From Usitatibacter sp. (lineage in GTDB: Bacteria; Pseudomonadota; Gammaproteobacteria; Burkholderiales; Usitatibacteraceae), in NCBI GenBank assembly GCA_035553995.1, contig DATMJE010000060.1:6373-70372 (forward strand): a stretch of 64,000 nucleotides of DNA. Direction: 5' to 3'. Below are positions 35,065 through 47,522 of the stretch, in pieces. The notes under the pieces were generated by a model, which was not told the DNA's origin, ran no database searches, and worked only from the letters and a program-made list of their open reading frames with translations. The stretch's first letter is position 1. Every line of letters begins with the position of its first letter. The position numbers and the translations under genes are program-made.

Positions 35065-36228
35065 ATGACCATGCGCTTGGGTAAGCTTCTGGGCTGGACG
35101 CTCGGGATCTGCGGAATCTTCGTCGCGATGCTTCTCGCCAGCTGCGGCGGCTCGGGCGGCGGCTCGAACGGCCCGGTGGTGGGCACCACCAAGTCGGTCG
35201 CCCTCGACGGCGGGCAGGTGATGCCGGCAGGGGTCGCGACCGCCACGGCGGGCCAGGGCTTCGTCACCGTGGACGAGTCGAGCGGCCGCATCGCCGGCAG
35301 CGTCACCCTCACGTTCGGCAGCACCGCCACCGCTGCCCAGATCCATGCCGGCGCGGCCGGGACGGATGGCCCGCTGCTCGTCGACCTCTTTCAGTCCTCG
35401 CCCGGCGTGTGGGTCGTGCCGGAAAACGTGAGCCTCACCCCGACGCAGGTGGCCGCTTTCGACAATGGCCAGCTCTACATCCTGGTCCAATCGTCGGCGC
35501 ACCCCAACGGCGAGATCCGCGGGCAGGTGGGCCGCATGGTGTTCTTCGCCACGCTCACCGGCGCGCAGGAGGTCCCGGCAAACGCCTCGGCCGCGACGGG
35601 CGTGGGGATGTGGGTGTTCGATCCGGTGACGAAGGTCATCTCCGGCACCGAAACCGTGACCGGAATGACGGCCACCGTGAGCCACTTCCACCAGGGCCCC
35701 GTCGGCGTCGTGGCGCCGGTGGCGATTCCCTTCACCGGCGGACCGACCACCTGGACCCTGCCTCCCACCACCCTCACCGACGCCCAGGTGACGGCGCTTC
35801 TCTCCGGCGGCTTCTATGCGAACGCGCACAGTGCCCAGTTCCCCGGCGGCGAGATCCGCGGCCAGGTCTACCAGCCGACGAAATGCACGACGCTCACGGG
35901 CCAGCAGGAAACTCCGCCCAACAACAGCGCCGCCACCGGCACCGGCTGCGCGGGCGTGAATCCGTTCACCAAGGCCGTGGCCTCGCGCATCGAGACCCAG
36001 GGCATCGTCGCGACGCTCGCCCATATCCACCAGGGCCCGCCCGGCGTGGTTTCGCCGGTGATCGTGCCGATGAGCCAGACGTCGCCCGGCATCTGGGTGA
36101 GCGGTGCCAACGCGGCTTTCACGGATGCGCAGCTCAACGCCTTCATCACGGGCGGCACCTACCTGAACGTGCATTCCGCGGCGCTTCCCGTGGGCGAGAT
36201 CCGTGGCCAGCTCGTGAACGGTCAATGA
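35065..36228 (+). CDS. CHRD-repeat lipoprotein
   Basis: 387 aa. Lipobox LLASC, and repeated modules each ending in ...HxxxxPxGEIRGQV, characteristic of CHRD domains. Confidence 0.85.
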   Translation: MTMRLGKLLGWTLGICGIFVAMLLASCGGSGGGSNGPVVGTTKSVALDGGQVMPAGVATATAGQGFVTVDESSGRIAGSVTLTFGSTATAAQIHAGAAGTDGPLLVDLFQSSPGVWVVPENVSLTPTQVAAFDNGQLYILVQSSAHPNGEIRGQVGRMVFFATLTGAQEVPANASAATGVGMWVFDPVTKVISGTETVTGMTATVSHFHQGPVGVVAPVAIPFTGGPTTWTLPPTTLTDAQVTALLSGGFYANAHSAQFPGGEIRGQVYQPTKCTTLTGQQETPPNNSAATGTGCAGVNPFTKAVASRIETQGIVATLAHIHQGPPGVVSPVIVPMSQTSPGIWVSGANAAFTDAQLNAFITGGTYLNVHSAALPVGEIRGQLVNGQ

Positions 36229-37268
36229 GGAACGCGTAACGCGGCCCGCGCCTCGCCGATGAGCGCGGGCCCGCGATAGACGAAGCCGGTGTAGAGCTGC
36301 ACCAGGGCCGCACCGGCCTCGATCTTGCCGCGCGCGTCGGCGCCGGACACGATGCCGCCCACGCCGACGAGCGGCACGCGCCCGGCGAGCGCGGTGGCGA
36401 GCTTGCGCAGGACGCGGGTCGCGAGCGCGAAGAGCGGCCGGCCGCTCAGCCCGCCGTTCTGCAGCGCATGGCGGTGGCCGGCGATCGCCTCGCGGCTCAC
36501 CGTGGTGTTGGTGGCGATGAGGCCGTCCACGGCGTGCTTCACGGCGAGGGAGGCGATCACCTCCACCTGCGCGTCGTCGAGGTCGGGGGCGACCTTGACC
36601 AGGAGCGGCTTCGTCGCCTGCGTGCGTTGCGCGAGGGCAAGCCGCGCGGCCATCACGCGCCCGAGCAATTCGTCGAGATGCTCGCTCGATTGCAGGTCGC
36701 GCAGGTTCTTCGTGTTGGGCGAGGAGATGTTGACGGTCACGTAGGTCGCGCGCGGATAGACCGCCTCGAGGCAGGCGACGTAGTCGTCCGCGGCACGCTC
36801 GATGGGCGTGTCGAAGTTCTTGCCGATATTGATGCCGAGCACGCCGCGGTAGCGCGAACGCTCGACGTTGCGCAGCAGCTTCTCGACGCCGTCGTTGTTG
36901 AAGCCGAGGCGATTGATGATGGCCTCGTGCTCCTCCAGGCGGAACAGGCGCGGCCTGGGGTTGCCCGGCTGCGGCCGCGGCGTCACCGTGCCGATCTCGA
37001 CGAAGCCGAAGCCGAGGAGGCCGAGCGCATCGAGGTACGCGCCGTTCTTGTCGAGCCCGGCCGCGAGCCCCACCGCGTTGGGAAACTGGATGCCCATCAC
37101 GCGGCGCGCGTCGTCGGGCTGGTCCACGCCCGCGCCGAGGAAGGCCGCGCCCGGCCCCAGGGCCGAGAGGGATTTCAGCGTGACGTCGTGGGCACGTTCC
37201 GGGTCGAGCTGGAAGAGGGCGCTACGGGCAAGGGAGTAGAGCACGGCTCCTACGCCAGCCGCTTCCAT
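36222..37268 (-). CDS. pyrD: dihydroorotate dehydrogenase (quinone), class 2 (start uncertain: ATG 37268 or GTG 37244)
   Basis: [30 protein letters not shown] and GGLSGRPL motifs. Confidence 0.9.
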   Translation of the reverse strand: MEAAGVGAVLYSLARSALFQLDPERAHDVTLKSLSALGPGAAFLGAGVDQPDDARRVMGIQFPNAVGLAAGLDKNGAYLDALGLLGFGFVEIGTVTPRPQPGNPRPRLFRLEEHEAIINRLGFNNDGVEKLLRNVERSRYRGVLGINIGKNFDTPIERAADDYVACLEAVYPRATYVTVNISSPNTKNLRDLQSSEHLDELLGRVMAARLALAQRTQATKPLLVKVAPDLDDAQVEVIASLAVKHAVDGLIATNTTVSREAIAGHRHALQNGGLSGRPLFALATRVLRKLATALAGRVPLVGVGGIVSGADARGKIEAGAALVQLYTGFVYRGPALIGEARAALRVPH

Positions 37269-37972
37269 TCCCCGCGCGACAGTCCCTCCATCGGGCGGAA
37301 CTGGTTCTTGTAGCTCATCTTGCGGCTCTGCGCGATCCAGTAGCCCAGGTACACGTACGGCAGGCCGCGCCGCTTCGCCTCGGCGATCTGCCACAGGATG
37401 TTGTACGTGCCGAAGGAGGCCTTGGCGACCGTCGGATCGAAGAACGTGTAGACGGAGGAGAGCCCGTCCACCAGCTCGTCCACGATCGAGATCATGCGCA
37501 GCGTGCCCGCCTCGCGGAACTCGATGAGGCGCGTGGCGACGTTCGATTGCAGCAGGAAGTGGGCGTACTGCTCGCGGCTGTCGTGGTCCATGCCGCCGCC
37601 GCGATGGCGCTCGCTCTGGTAGAGCCGATAGAGCGCGTAATGCTCGGCGTTGAACTTGAGCTCCGCATAGCGTGCCTGCAACCCCGCGTGGCGCGCGGTG
37701 GCGCGGCGCTGGGACCGGTTGGCATCGAACTCGTCCACCACCACGCGCACCGGCACGCAGGCATGGCAGTGGTCGCAATAGGGGCGGTACGTGAACGCGC
37801 CGCTGCGGCGGAAGCCGGCGGAGACCAGCGCGCTGTACGTATCGGTATCGATGAGATAGCTGGGCGTGGCTACCTGCGAGCGCGCGAGCTTGCCCGGCAG
37901 GTAGCTGCAGGGATAGGGCGCGGTCGCGTAGAACTGCAAATTCGCGATCGGGAGGTCGTTCAGCTTCGCCAT
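37250..37972 (-). CDS. bpt: arginyl-tRNA--protein transferase (bacterial Bpt/Ate)
   Basis: 240 aa. YPCSYLPG..., [23 protein letters not shown] and YVYLGYWI motifs. Confidence 0.9.
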   Translation of the reverse strand: MAKLNDLPIANLQFYATAPYPCSYLPGKLARSQVATPSYLIDTDTYSALVSAGFRRSGAFTYRPYCDHCHACVPVRVVVDEFDANRSQRRATARHAGLQARYAELKFNAEHYALYRLYQSERHRGGGMDHDSREQYAHFLLQSNVATRLIEFREAGTLRMISIVDELVDGLSSVYTFFDPTVAKASFGTYNILWQIAEAKRRGLPYVYLGYWIAQSRKMSYKNQFRPMEGLSRGEWKRLA

Positions 37973-37980
37973 GGGCTATT

Positions 37981-38658
37981 TCAGCGCCAATGTCCACCAG
38001 TTGGTGGATATTGTATCGACTCCTGGAGCATTTTCGCGAATTCGGCCCGTGGAATCTCGCGCGCGCCCAGCGAGGCGAGGTGCGCGGTGGCCTGCTGGCA
38101 GTCGATGACGCGGAAGCCGTCGGCCTTGAGGCGCTCCACCAGGTGCACCAGCGCCACCTTGGAGGCATCGGCGGCGCGCGTGAACATCGACTCGCCGAAA
38201 AAGACCTTTCCCAGCGCCACGCCGTAGAGCCCGCCCACGAGGTTGCCTTCGTGCCACGACTCGGCGGAATGGGCGAAACCCAGCTCGTGCAGCCGCGTGT
38301 ACGCCCGGACCATCTGCGGCACGATCCACGTGCCCCCCTGCCCGTCGCGGGGCGCGGCGCAAGCCTTCATCACCTCCGGGAACGCCGTATCGAAGCGCGT
38401 CTCGTAGACGCCACGGCGCACCACCTTGCCCAGCGAGCGCGAGACCCTGAGCTCCTCCGGAAAGAGCACCATGCGCGGATCGGGCGACCACCAGAGGATC
38501 GGGTCGCCCTGCGAGAACCACGGGAAGATGCCGTGGCTGTAGGCGTCGACCAGCCGCTCGGGAGAGAGGTTTCCCCCGGCACAGAGGAGGCCGTTGGGGG
38601 AGCGCAGCGCGTTGGAGACGGGGGGGAAGGGCGCGTTGCCGCGGAGCCATGGGATCAT
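37981..38658 (-). CDS. aat: leucyl/phenylalanyl-tRNA--protein transferase
   Basis: 225 aa from MIPWL. AYSHGIFPWF, WWSPDPRMVL and GGLYGVALGKVFFGESMF motifs. Confidence 0.9.
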   Translation of the reverse strand: MIPWLRGNAPFPPVSNALRSPNGLLCAGGNLSPERLVDAYSHGIFPWFSQGDPILWWSPDPRMVLFPEELRVSRSLGKVVRRGVYETRFDTAFPEVMKACAAPRDGQGGTWIVPQMVRAYTRLHELGFAHSAESWHEGNLVGGLYGVALGKVFFGESMFTRAADASKVALVHLVERLKADGFRVIDCQQATAHLASLGAREIPRAEFAKMLQESIQYPPTGGHWR

Positions 38659-38689
38659 GGGCCCGGATTCTAGCGGCTGGACGCGGTTT

Positions 38690-39154
38690 TCAGCCTTGCC
38701 GCCAGGGCAGCCCCGCCTTGCGCCAGCCGCCCAGCGTGCCGCGGTGGCCGTTCGCATCGAGCTCGCCCTCGAAACCCTCGAGGATGTTGTACGACCTTGA
38801 AAAGCCGGACTTCGCCGCGAGGATCGCCGCGTTGTGCGAGCGCTGCGCGCTGCGGCAGAGGAACAGCAGCGCCTGCGACGGCGAGTAGCGCTGCGCCAGC
38901 TTCTCGATGAACTGCGGGTCCGGGGAGCGCTCGCCCAGCCGGCGCCATTCGACGAGCGTGGTGTCGGGGATGTGGCCCACGTACTCGTGCTCGACCTGGG
39001 TGCGCACGTCGATGATGACGGCGGCGCCGGCCTGGTGCAGGTCCCACGCTTCCTGCGGCGTGACCGCCCCCGCGTAGGCGAGGCCGAGCGTGCGCCCCCG
39101 TTCGGCCGCCTTCTCGAAGATCACGCCCGCATCATCCTGCACGCTCGCCACCAT
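38690..39154 (-). CDS. rhodanese-like sulfurtransferase domain protein
   Basis: 154 aa from MVASVQ, preceded by a GGGAGGA ribosome-binding site. Active-site loop FLCRSAQRS. Confidence 0.8.
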   Translation of the reverse strand: MVASVQDDAGVIFEKAAERGRTLGLAYAGAVTPQEAWDLHQAGAAVIIDVRTQVEHEYVGHIPDTTLVEWRRLGERSPDPQFIEKLAQRYSPSQALLFLCRSAQRSHNAAILAAKSGFSRSYNILEGFEGELDANGHRGTLGGWRKAGLPWRQG

Positions 39155-39228
39155 TCCTCCCGTGCTCGCACCTCGCGCCCTTTGCCTCGCGCCCGTCGAC
39201 TTCCCTCTTGCGCCTTGCGCCCTGCGCC

Positions 39229-39995
39229 TTACCAGTAATTCTCCACCGCGAGATGCCCCGGATCCCCGCGGCGCGAGAGCTTGAATCCGCGCTCGATGAG
39301 CAGCTTGCGCGAATCCTCGACCATCTCCGGATTGCCGCACAGCATGATGCGGGAGCGGTCGTGGTCGAGCCTGAGGCCCACGTTCTCCTCGAGCACGCCG
39401 CTCGTGAGGAGCCGCGTTATGCGATCGCGTAGCGTGCCGGGCACGGGCTCGCGCGTCACGATGCGCAGGTAGCGCAGCTTGTGCGCATACTCGCCATAGT
39501 ACTCGCTGCCCTCGAAGCCGCGGATGAGGTCCTCGTAGGCGAGCTCCGACTGGGTGCGAACGCTCTGCACCAGCACCAGGTTGTCGTAGCGCTCCCACGT
39601 CTCGAAGTCGTGGAGGATCGAAAGGAAGGGTGCGAGGCCCGTCCCGGTCGCGAGCATCCAGAGGTCGCGCCCGGCCTCGAAGCGGTCGGTGGTGAGGAAG
39701 CCGTAGCTCTTGCGCTCGACCAGGATCTCGTCGCCTTCGCGCAGCTTCGCGAGCCGGCTGGTGAAGGCACCCTCCGGGACCACGACGGAAAAGAACTCGA
39801 GGTGCTCGTCGTGGGCGGCGGAGGCGATCGAGTACGCACGCCACACGATCTCGTCGGTTTCGTGGTTCTTCACGCCCAGGCGCGCGAACTGCCCGGGCAC
39901 GAAGCGGTAGCCGCGGTCGCGCGTGGTGCGGAAGGAGAACAGGCTGTCGGTCCAGGGACGGACGTCGGTGATCTTCTCGATGGTGTATTTGTCGC

Positions 39996-39999
<4 letters not shown>
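39229..39999 (-). CDS. fpr: ferredoxin--NADP(+) reductase
   Basis: 256 aa. RAYSIAS FAD motif, [15 protein letters not shown] motif and C-terminal ...AVENYW. The ATG overlaps the cysA stop (ATGA at 39996-39999). Confidence 0.9.
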
Positions 40000-41077
<1,078 letters not shown>

Positions 41078-41081
<4 letters not shown>

Positions 41082-41917
41082 GTTCGGCTCTCCACCCAGG
41101 TCTTCAGCGCCAGCGTCACCAGCGCGAGCAATGCGAGCAGCGAGGCACAGGCGAATGCCGCCGCGAACTGGTACTCGTTGTAGAGGATCTCGATGTGCAG
41201 CGGCAGCGTGTTGGTCACGCCGCGGATATGCCCCGAGACGACGGACACGGCGCCGAACTCGCCCATGGCGCGCGCGTTCGACAGGATGACGCCATACAGC
41301 AGGCCCCACTTGACGTTGGGCAAGGTGACGCGCCAAAGGAGCTGCCATGCATTGGCGCCCAGCAGCACGGCGGCCTCTTCCTCGTCCCGGCCCTGCGCCT
41401 GCATGAGCGGGATCAACTCGCGCGCGACGAACGGGAACGTCACGAACACGCTCGCCAGCACGATGCCCGGCACCGCGAAGATCACGCGCGCGTCGTGCTC
41501 CGTGAGCCACGCGCCGAACCAGCCCTGCGCGCCGAACACCAGCACGAAGATCAGCCCCGACACCACCGGCGACACGGAGAACGGCAGGTCGATGAGCGTC
41601 ACCAGCACGCTCTTGCCGCGGAAGTCGAACTTCGCGATCGCCCACGCCGCGGCGATGCCGAAGACGAGGTTCACCGGCACGGCGATCGCGGCGGCGAGCA
41701 GCGTGAGGCGGATCGCGGCCCACGCGTCGGGCTCGGCGATCGCCGCGAGGTACGTGCCCCAGCCCTTCCGCAGCGCCTCGAAGAACACCGCGAAGAGCGG
41801 CACGAAGAGGAAGAGCGTGAGCCAGGCGAGCGCGACCGCGGTGAGTACCAACGGCACCCACGCGATGCGGCGCGCATTCGGCCGCGCTTCGAGGCTCGTG
41901 TCGAGGACGGCGGCCAT
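41078..41917 (-). CDS. cysW: sulfate ABC transporter permease CysW
   Basis: 279 aa. It is the second permease of the sbp-cysT-cysW-cysA order and has the EAA-loop region. The stop overlaps the cysA start. Confidence 0.9.
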
Positions 41918-42759
41918 CAGCTTCGCGCCTCCGTGTAGCGGCGCGACCACCACTGCAGGCCGTTGACGCCGAGCAGCAGCGCGAACGAGGCCACCAGCAT
42001 CACCACCGCGATCGCCGTGGCGCCCGCCACGTCGTACTGCTCGAGCTTGGTCACGATCATGAGCGGCGCGATCTCGGAGACCATCGGCATGTTCCCCGCG
42101 ATGAAGATCACCGAGCCGTATTCGCCCACGGCGCGCGCGAACGCGAGGGCGAAACCGGTGAGGAGCGCGGGTGCCACGGTCGGCAGGATCACGCGCACGA
42201 ACGTTTGCGTACGCGTGGCCCCCAGCGATTGCGCGGCCTCTTCGAGCTCGCGCTCGAGGTCCTCGAGAACGGGCTGCACGGTGCGCACGACGAATGGGAG
42301 CCCGATGAAGGCGAGCGCCACCAGCACGCCCAGCGGTGTGAACGCCACCTTCAAGCCGAAGAGATCCGCGAGCGGCTTGCCGATCCATCCGTTGGGCGCG
42401 TACACCGCGGTGAGGGCGATGCCCGCGACGGCCGTGGGCAGGGCGAAGGGCAGGTCCACCAGCGCGTCGACGAGGCGCCGGCCGTGGAAGGGATAGCGCA
42501 CCAGCACCCAGGCCACCAGCAGGCCGAAGACCGCATTCAGCAGCGCGGCCGCCAGCGCCGCGCCGAAACTGAGCTGCAGCGAGGCGAGCACGCGCGGCGC
42601 GGTCACGTCGGCCACGAACGCGTCCCACGAGAGGGTGAACGTCTTCTGGAATGCGGCGGAGAGCGGCACCAGCACGACCAGGCTGAGGTACAGCACCGTG
42701 AAGCCGAGCGCGATGCCGAAGCCGGGCAGGACGCTGTGGCGGCGCAGGAGGGCGCTCAT
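41917..42759 (-). CDS. cysT: sulfate ABC transporter permease CysT
   Basis: 280 aa. It is the first permease after the binding protein. [19 protein letters not shown] loop. Confidence 0.9.
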   Translation of the reverse strand: MSALLRRHSVLPGFGIALGFTVLYLSLVVLVPLSAAFQKTFTLSWDAFVADVTAPRVLASLQLSFGAALAAALLNAVFGLLVAWVLVRYPFHGRRLVDALVDLPFALPTAVAGIALTAVYAPNGWIGKPLADLFGLKVAFTPLGVLVALAFIGLPFVVRTVQPVLEDLERELEEAAQSLGATRTQTFVRVILPTVAPALLTGFALAFARAVGEYGSVIFIAGNMPMVSEIAPLMIVTKLEQYDVAGATAIAVVMLVASFALLLGVNGLQWWSRRYTEARS

Positions 42760-43766
42760 CGTTTCCCCGGCTGGTAGACCTGGTCGAAGACGCCGCCGTC
42801 GTCGAAGTGCTTCTTCTGCGTGGCTCTCCAGTCGCCGGAGACCTGCGCCAGCGTGAAGAGCTTCAGCGGCGCGAAATCCTTCGCGTGCTTCGCGAGGACC
42901 TGCGCATCGACGGGACGGTAGTAGTGGCGCGCGACGAGCTCTTGTGCCTCGGGCGTGTAGAGCGCCTTGAGGTACGCCTCGGCGGCCGCGCGCGTCCTGC
43001 GCTTGTCGACCACCTTGTCGACCACGGCCACGGTGGGCTCGGCGAGGATGCTCGACGAGGGCACCACGACCTCGAGCTTGCCCGCGCCGAACTCGCGCTG
43101 CGCGAGCCACGCCTCGTTCTCCCACGAGAGCAGCACGTCGCCCACGCCGCGCTCCGCGAAGGTGACCGTGGAGCCGCGCGCGCCGGAGTCCAGCACCGGC
43201 ACGTTGCGGTAGAGCTTCGCGATGTAGTCGCGCGCTGCCGCCTCGTTGCGGCCGGAAGCGTTGAGCGCCTGCCCCCACGCGGCGAGATAAGCCCAGCGCG
43301 CACCGCCCGAGGTCTTCGGGTTGGACACGATCACCGCGACACCGGGCTTCACCAGGTCGGCCCAGTCGCGAATCCCCTTGGGATTGCCGCGGCGGACGAC
43401 GAAGACGATGGTCGAGGTATACGGCGCGCTGTTGTGCGGCAGCCGCGACTGCCAGTCCGCGGGCAGCAGCTTCGCGCGGTCGGCGAGCGCGTCGATGTCG
43501 TAGCCGAGGGCGAGCGTCACGACGTCGGCCTCGAGCCCGTCGATGACGGAGCGCGCCTGCTTGCCGGAGCCGCCGTGCGACTGGCGGACCGTGAGCTTCT
43601 CGTGATGGTCCTTCTCCCATTGCGCGGCGAAGGCCTTGTTGAACTCGGCGTAGAGCTCGCGCGTGGGGTCGTACGAGACGTTGAGCAGGGTGACGTCTCC
43701 CAGCGCCGCCGTGGCGGCGAGCGCCGCCAGTGCAGCGAGCAGGGAACGGAATTTCGGGCGCGACAT
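42756..43766 (-). CDS. sulfate/thiosulfate-binding periplasmic protein
   Basis: 336 aa from MSRPKF, with a signal peptide. [13 protein letters not shown] and [25 protein letters not shown] are typical of Sbp/CysP. Confidence 0.9.
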   Translation of the reverse strand: MSRPKFRSLLAALAALAATAALGDVTLLNVSYDPTRELYAEFNKAFAAQWEKDHHEKLTVRQSHGGSGKQARSVIDGLEADVVTLALGYDIDALADRAKLLPADWQSRLPHNSAPYTSTIVFVVRRGNPKGIRDWADLVKPGVAVIVSNPKTSGGARWAYLAAWGQALNASGRNEAAARDYIAKLYRNVPVLDSGARGSTVTFAERGVGDVLLSWENEAWLAQREFGAGKLEVVVPSSSILAEPTVAVVDKVVDKRRTRAAAEAYLKALYTPEAQELVARHYYRPVDAQVLAKHAKDFAPLKLFTLAQVSGDWRATQKKHFDDGGVFDQVYQPGKR

Positions 43767-43824
43767 GTCTCTTTCCTCGGATGCGAGGGCAGGGTGCCTC
43801 GGGGGACCAGCGGCCGGGTGCTGC

Positions 43825-44577
43825 TCAGATCGCCCGCTGACATCGCTCCAGGGAAAGTGCGTCGACGGCGGCACGGTCGCGGAAGACCTCGCCGAGGGCC
43901 ATGACGACGGGGCCCTGCGCACGCGGGAGCGCCTCGGCTGCGAGCGCGGCGAGCGTCGTGAAGAGGCGCTGCTCGCCGGGAAGCGTTGCGCTCTCGACGA
44001 GGACGGCCGGCAGGTCGGCGGGCTTGCCTGCCGCGATCAGCGCGGCGGCGATCGATTGCGCGGCTCCCGCCGCCATGTAAAGCACGACGGTGTCCGCGCC
44101 CATGGCGGCCGGCAGCCAGGCGGAGGCGGCCTCGTCGCGGCCGACGCGCGGCGTGAGGAAGGCGACGGTGCGCGCGATGCCGCGGCGCGTGAGCGACACC
44201 CGTGTGGCCGCCGCGGCGGCGAGCGCCGCGGTCACGCCCGGCACGACCTCGCATTCGATGCCCGCGTGCGCGAGCGCTTCCAGCTCTTCCTGCGCGCGGC
44301 CGAACAACATCGGGTCGCCGCCCTTGAGGCGCACCACGACGGCATGGGTGCGCGCGGCTTCCAGCAGCGCCCGGTTGATGAAGCGCTGCTCCGTGGAGAC
44401 CTTGCCGTAGCGCTTGCCCACGTCGACCAGGCGTGCACGCTTCGCGAGCGCGAGCGTGTCGGGATGCACGAGTGCGTCGTGCAGCACGACGTCGGCCACC
44501 TCGAGGAGGCGGGCCGCGCGCAGGGTGAGGAGGTCGGGCGCGCCGGGTCCGGCGCCCACGAGGTACACCTTACCCAC
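43825..44577 (-). CDS. cobA: uroporphyrinogen-III C-methyltransferase (siroheme branch)
   Basis: 250 aa. [15 protein letters not shown] and [12 protein letters not shown] motifs. The CysG N-terminal dehydrogenase/chelatase domain is absent. Confidence 0.9.
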   Translation of the reverse strand: MGKVYLVGAGPGAPDLLTLRAARLLEVADVVLHDALVHPDTLALAKRARLVDVGKRYGKVSTEQRFINRALLEAARTHAVVVRLKGGDPMLFGRAQEELEALAHAGIECEVVPGVTAALAAAAATRVSLTRRGIARTVAFLTPRVGRDEAASAWLPAAMGADTVVLYMAAGAAQSIAAALIAAGKPADLPAVLVESATLPGEQRLFTTLAALAAEALPRAQGPVVMALGEVFRDRAAVDALSLERCQRAI

Positions 44578-45850
44578 GCACGGCCTCCAGGATCATCCCG
44601 CCGGCGACGGTCTGGTGGGTGGCCTCGTCGACCAGGATGAAGCTGCCCGTCTCCCGGTTGACCGCGTACGGATCGACCGCCAACGGCCGCGAAAGGCCGA
44701 TCGCGACCGTGCCGATGTCGTTGAATTCGAGCGCGGCGGCGCTCGCATCCGCGCCCATCGTGGCGAGGTCCAGCCGCGATTCGAGCGCCTCGATGTTGAC
44801 GCGGATCGACTGCGTGCCGTGCTTGAGCCAGTAGCGCCGTCCGCGGGCGAGCGGCTCGCGGTCGAGCCACGTGAGGCGCGCGCGCAGGCGGCGCACGACG
44901 AGCGGCGCTTCCTGCCGATGCGAGAGGATGTCGCCGCGGGCGATGTCCACCTGGCGATCGAGCACCAGCGTGACCGAGCGGCCGGCGGTCGCTTCGTCGA
45001 GGCTGCCTTCGAGCGTGACGATGTCCGCCACGCGGGCTTCCACGCCCGAGGGCCACACGACGATGGTGTCGCCGCGCGCGACGGTGCCGGAAGCGACGCG
45101 CCCGAGGTAGCCGCGCAGCTCGCCGCGATCGCCGAAGCGCGCGCGCGACACGAGCTGCACCGGGAAGCGCAGCTCCGCCGAAGGCTGTCCGGACGCCGCG
45201 CTCTCGAGCACCTCGAGGAGCGTCGGACCCGTGTACCAGTCGAGATTGTCGCCGCGATCCACGACCATGTCGCCTTCGAGGGCGGAGACCGGGATGAGCG
45301 AATAACGGGGGAGGCCGAGAGACGCGGCGACCTCGTCGAACTCGCTCGCGATGGCGTCGAAGACGTCGCGGCTGAAGCCCACCTGGTCCATCTTGTTCAC
45401 GGCGACCACGACGCGCGGGATCGCGAGCAGGCTCGCAACGGCCGTGTGACGGCGCGTCTGGGGGGAGATCCCGCGCGTCGCGTCGACGAGAATCACGGAG
45501 AGGTCGGCGGTGCTGGCACCCGTGACCATGTTGCGGGTGTACTGCTCGTGGCCGGGCGTATCGGCGATGATGAAGCGGCGGCGGGGCGTGGCGAAGTAGC
45601 GGTACGCCACGTCGACCGTGATGCCCTGCTCGCGCTCGATGGTGAGGCCGTCGGTGAAGAGCGAGAGGTCGAGCCCGCGGTCGCCGCGGCGCTCGGTGGT
45701 GCGCGCCACGGCGGCGAGCTGGTCCTCGAGCAGGCCCTTGGCATCGAGCAGCAGCCGGCCGATGAGCGTGCTCTTGCCGTCGTCGACGGAGCCGGCGGTA
45801 GTGAAGCGCAGCGTGCCCGGGGCGGCGGGAAGTGCGATGACGGTGTCCAT
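44570..45850 (-). CDS. cysN: sulfate adenylyltransferase subunit 1 (GTPase)
   Basis: 426 aa from MDTVIAL. GSVDDGKSTLIGRLL P-loop, DTPGHEQY and NKMD motifs. No fused APS-kinase domain. Confidence 0.95.
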   Translation of the reverse strand: MDTVIALPAAPGTLRFTTAGSVDDGKSTLIGRLLLDAKGLLEDQLAAVARTTERRGDRGLDLSLFTDGLTIEREQGITVDVAYRYFATPRRRFIIADTPGHEQYTRNMVTGASTADLSVILVDATRGISPQTRRHTAVASLLAIPRVVVAVNKMDQVGFSRDVFDAIASEFDEVAASLGLPRYSLIPVSALEGDMVVDRGDNLDWYTGPTLLEVLESAASGQPSAELRFPVQLVSRARFGDRGELRGYLGRVASGTVARGDTIVVWPSGVEARVADIVTLEGSLDEATAGRSVTLVLDRQVDIARGDILSHRQEAPLVVRRLRARLTWLDREPLARGRRYWLKHGTQSIRVNIEALESRLDLATMGADASAAALEFNDIGTVAIGLSRPLAVDPYAVNRETGSFILVDEATHQTVAGGMILEAVRG

Positions 45851-46818
45851 CAGAAATACCCCTCGCGCTTGCGCAGCTCCATCGAGGCATCCGATGTCTG
45901 GTCGTCCATGCGCGTGGAGCCGCGCTCCGTGATGGTGGCCGCTGCGGTCTCGGCGATGATCTTTTCCACCGTGTCGGCCTCGGAGGCGACGGGGCACGTG
46001 CACGTGACGTCACCCACGGTGCGGAAGCGCACCGCGCGCTTCACGACCTGCTCGCCCGCGCGCGGCGGCGTGAGCGGCGTCACCGGCACCAGCAGGCCGC
46101 GGCGCTCGACCACGTCGCGCTCGTGCGCGTAGTAGATCGACGGCACCGCGAGCTTCTCGCGCGCGATGTATTGCCAGATGTCGAGCTCGGTCCAGTTGGA
46201 GATGGGGAAGACGCGGATGTGTTCGCCGGGGGCGATGCGCGTGTTGTAGAGGCTCCAGAGCTCGGGGCGCTGGTTGCGCGGGTCCCACTGACCGAACTCG
46301 TCGCGATGCGAGATGATGCGTTCCTTCGCGCGCGCCTTCTCCTCGTCGCGGCGCGCGCCGCCGAAGAGGGCGTCGAGGTCGAGCTCGCGAATGGCGTCGA
46401 GCAGCGTCACGGTCTGGTGCGGGTTGCGGCTCTCGTCGGCGCGGCGCAGCTTCACGCGGCCGCTGCGGATCGAGTCGCCGACGGAGCGCACGAGGAGGCG
46501 CTCACCCAGCTCCTGCGCACGCAAGTCGCGGAAGGCGATGACCTCGTCGAAGTTGTGCTCGGTGTCGATATGCAGCAGCGGGAAGGGAAAGCGGTCCGGC
46601 CGGAACGCCTTCTCGGCGATGCGCAGCATGACGATCGAATCCTTGCCGCCCGAGAAGAGCAGCGCGGGGTTGCGCGTCTCGGCGACCACCTCGCGCATGA
46701 TGTGGATCGCCTCGCTCTCGAGCCAGTCGAGATGCGCCAGGCCCGTCGCGTGGACGGGCGTATTGAGCCGGGGTCTAGCCCCGTCGATTTCTTCCTGTAC
46801 CTGGACGACTGCGTTCAC
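45850..46818 (-). CDS. cysD: sulfate adenylyltransferase subunit 2
   Basis: 322 aa. GTG start preceded by GGAGGTGG and overlapping the cysH stop (GTGA). FSGGKDS PP-loop. Confidence 0.95.
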   Translation of the reverse strand: MNAVVQVQEEIDGARPRLNTPVHATGLAHLDWLESEAIHIMREVVAETRNPALLFSGGKDSIVMLRIAEKAFRPDRFPFPLLHIDTEHNFDEVIAFRDLRAQELGERLLVRSVGDSIRSGRVKLRRADESRNPHQTVTLLDAIRELDLDALFGGARRDEEKARAKERIISHRDEFGQWDPRNQRPELWSLYNTRIAPGEHIRVFPISNWTELDIWQYIAREKLAVPSIYYAHERDVVERRGLLVPVTPLTPPRAGEQVVKRAVRFRTVGDVTCTCPVASEADTVEKIIAETAAATITERGSTRMDDQTSDASMELRKREGYF

Positions 46819-47522
46819 GCTGCCACCTCCACGACCCGAATCGGTATCTCGTGCAGCCCGCATTCCTTGCGGGCCCCCTGTTGCTCCCACCACCAGCGAC
46901 CTGCGCGCGGATGCTCTCCGCGGCGGATCGCGCGCGTACAGGGCTCGCAACCGATGGACGGATAACCTTGCTTGTGCAGCGCGTTGTACGGAACGTTGTT
47001 GGCGTGGAGGTAGCTCCACACGTCGTCCTCGCTCCAGTCGGCGAGGGGATTGAATTTCCAGATGTTGAAGGCGGGATCGCGCGCGGCTTCCTCGATGGTG
47101 GCGCGGGAATCGGCCTGCTCGCGGCGCAGGCCCGTGATCCAGCCGCGCTTGCGCGCGAGCGCGCGGCGCAGCGGCTCGACCTTGCGCACGTTGCAGCACG
47201 CCTTGCGCTGCTCCACGCCCTCGTAGAAGCCGTCGATGCCGTTTTCCTCGACATACGCATCGACCGAGCCCGGCCAGGGCGTGTAGACGTCGATATCCAG
47301 GCCATAGCGGTCGCGCACCTGCGCGATGAGCTCGTGCGTCTGGCCCGGAAGCCGGCCGGTGTCGATGGTGAAGATCTCGATCGCGAGGCCGTCGCGCGCG
47401 ATGAGGTCGAGGATCACCATGTCCTCGGCGCCGAAGCTCGAGGCGAGCGCCGAGGTCGAGTGGTTCTTCTCGATGCTGGCGAGGAGGCGGCGGGCGCGCT
47501 GGACGCGCGGCTCGAGGCTCAC
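46815..47522 (-). CDS. cysH: adenylylsulfate (APS)/PAPS reductase, Fe-S type
   Basis: 235 aa with GTG start. The CC (KACCNVRK) and CxxC (SIGCEPCT) cluster ligands are typical of bacterial APS reductases. No cysC gene in the window. Confidence 0.9.
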   Translation of the reverse strand: MSLEPRVQRARRLLASIEKNHSTSALASSFGAEDMVILDLIARDGLAIEIFTIDTGRLPGQTHELIAQVRDRYGLDIDVYTPWPGSVDAYVEENGIDGFYEGVEQRKACCNVRKVEPLRRALARKRGWITGLRREQADSRATIEEAARDPAFNIWKFNPLADWSEDDVWSYLHANNVPYNALHKQGYPSIGCEPCTRAIRRGEHPRAGRWWWEQQGARKECGLHEIPIRVVEVAA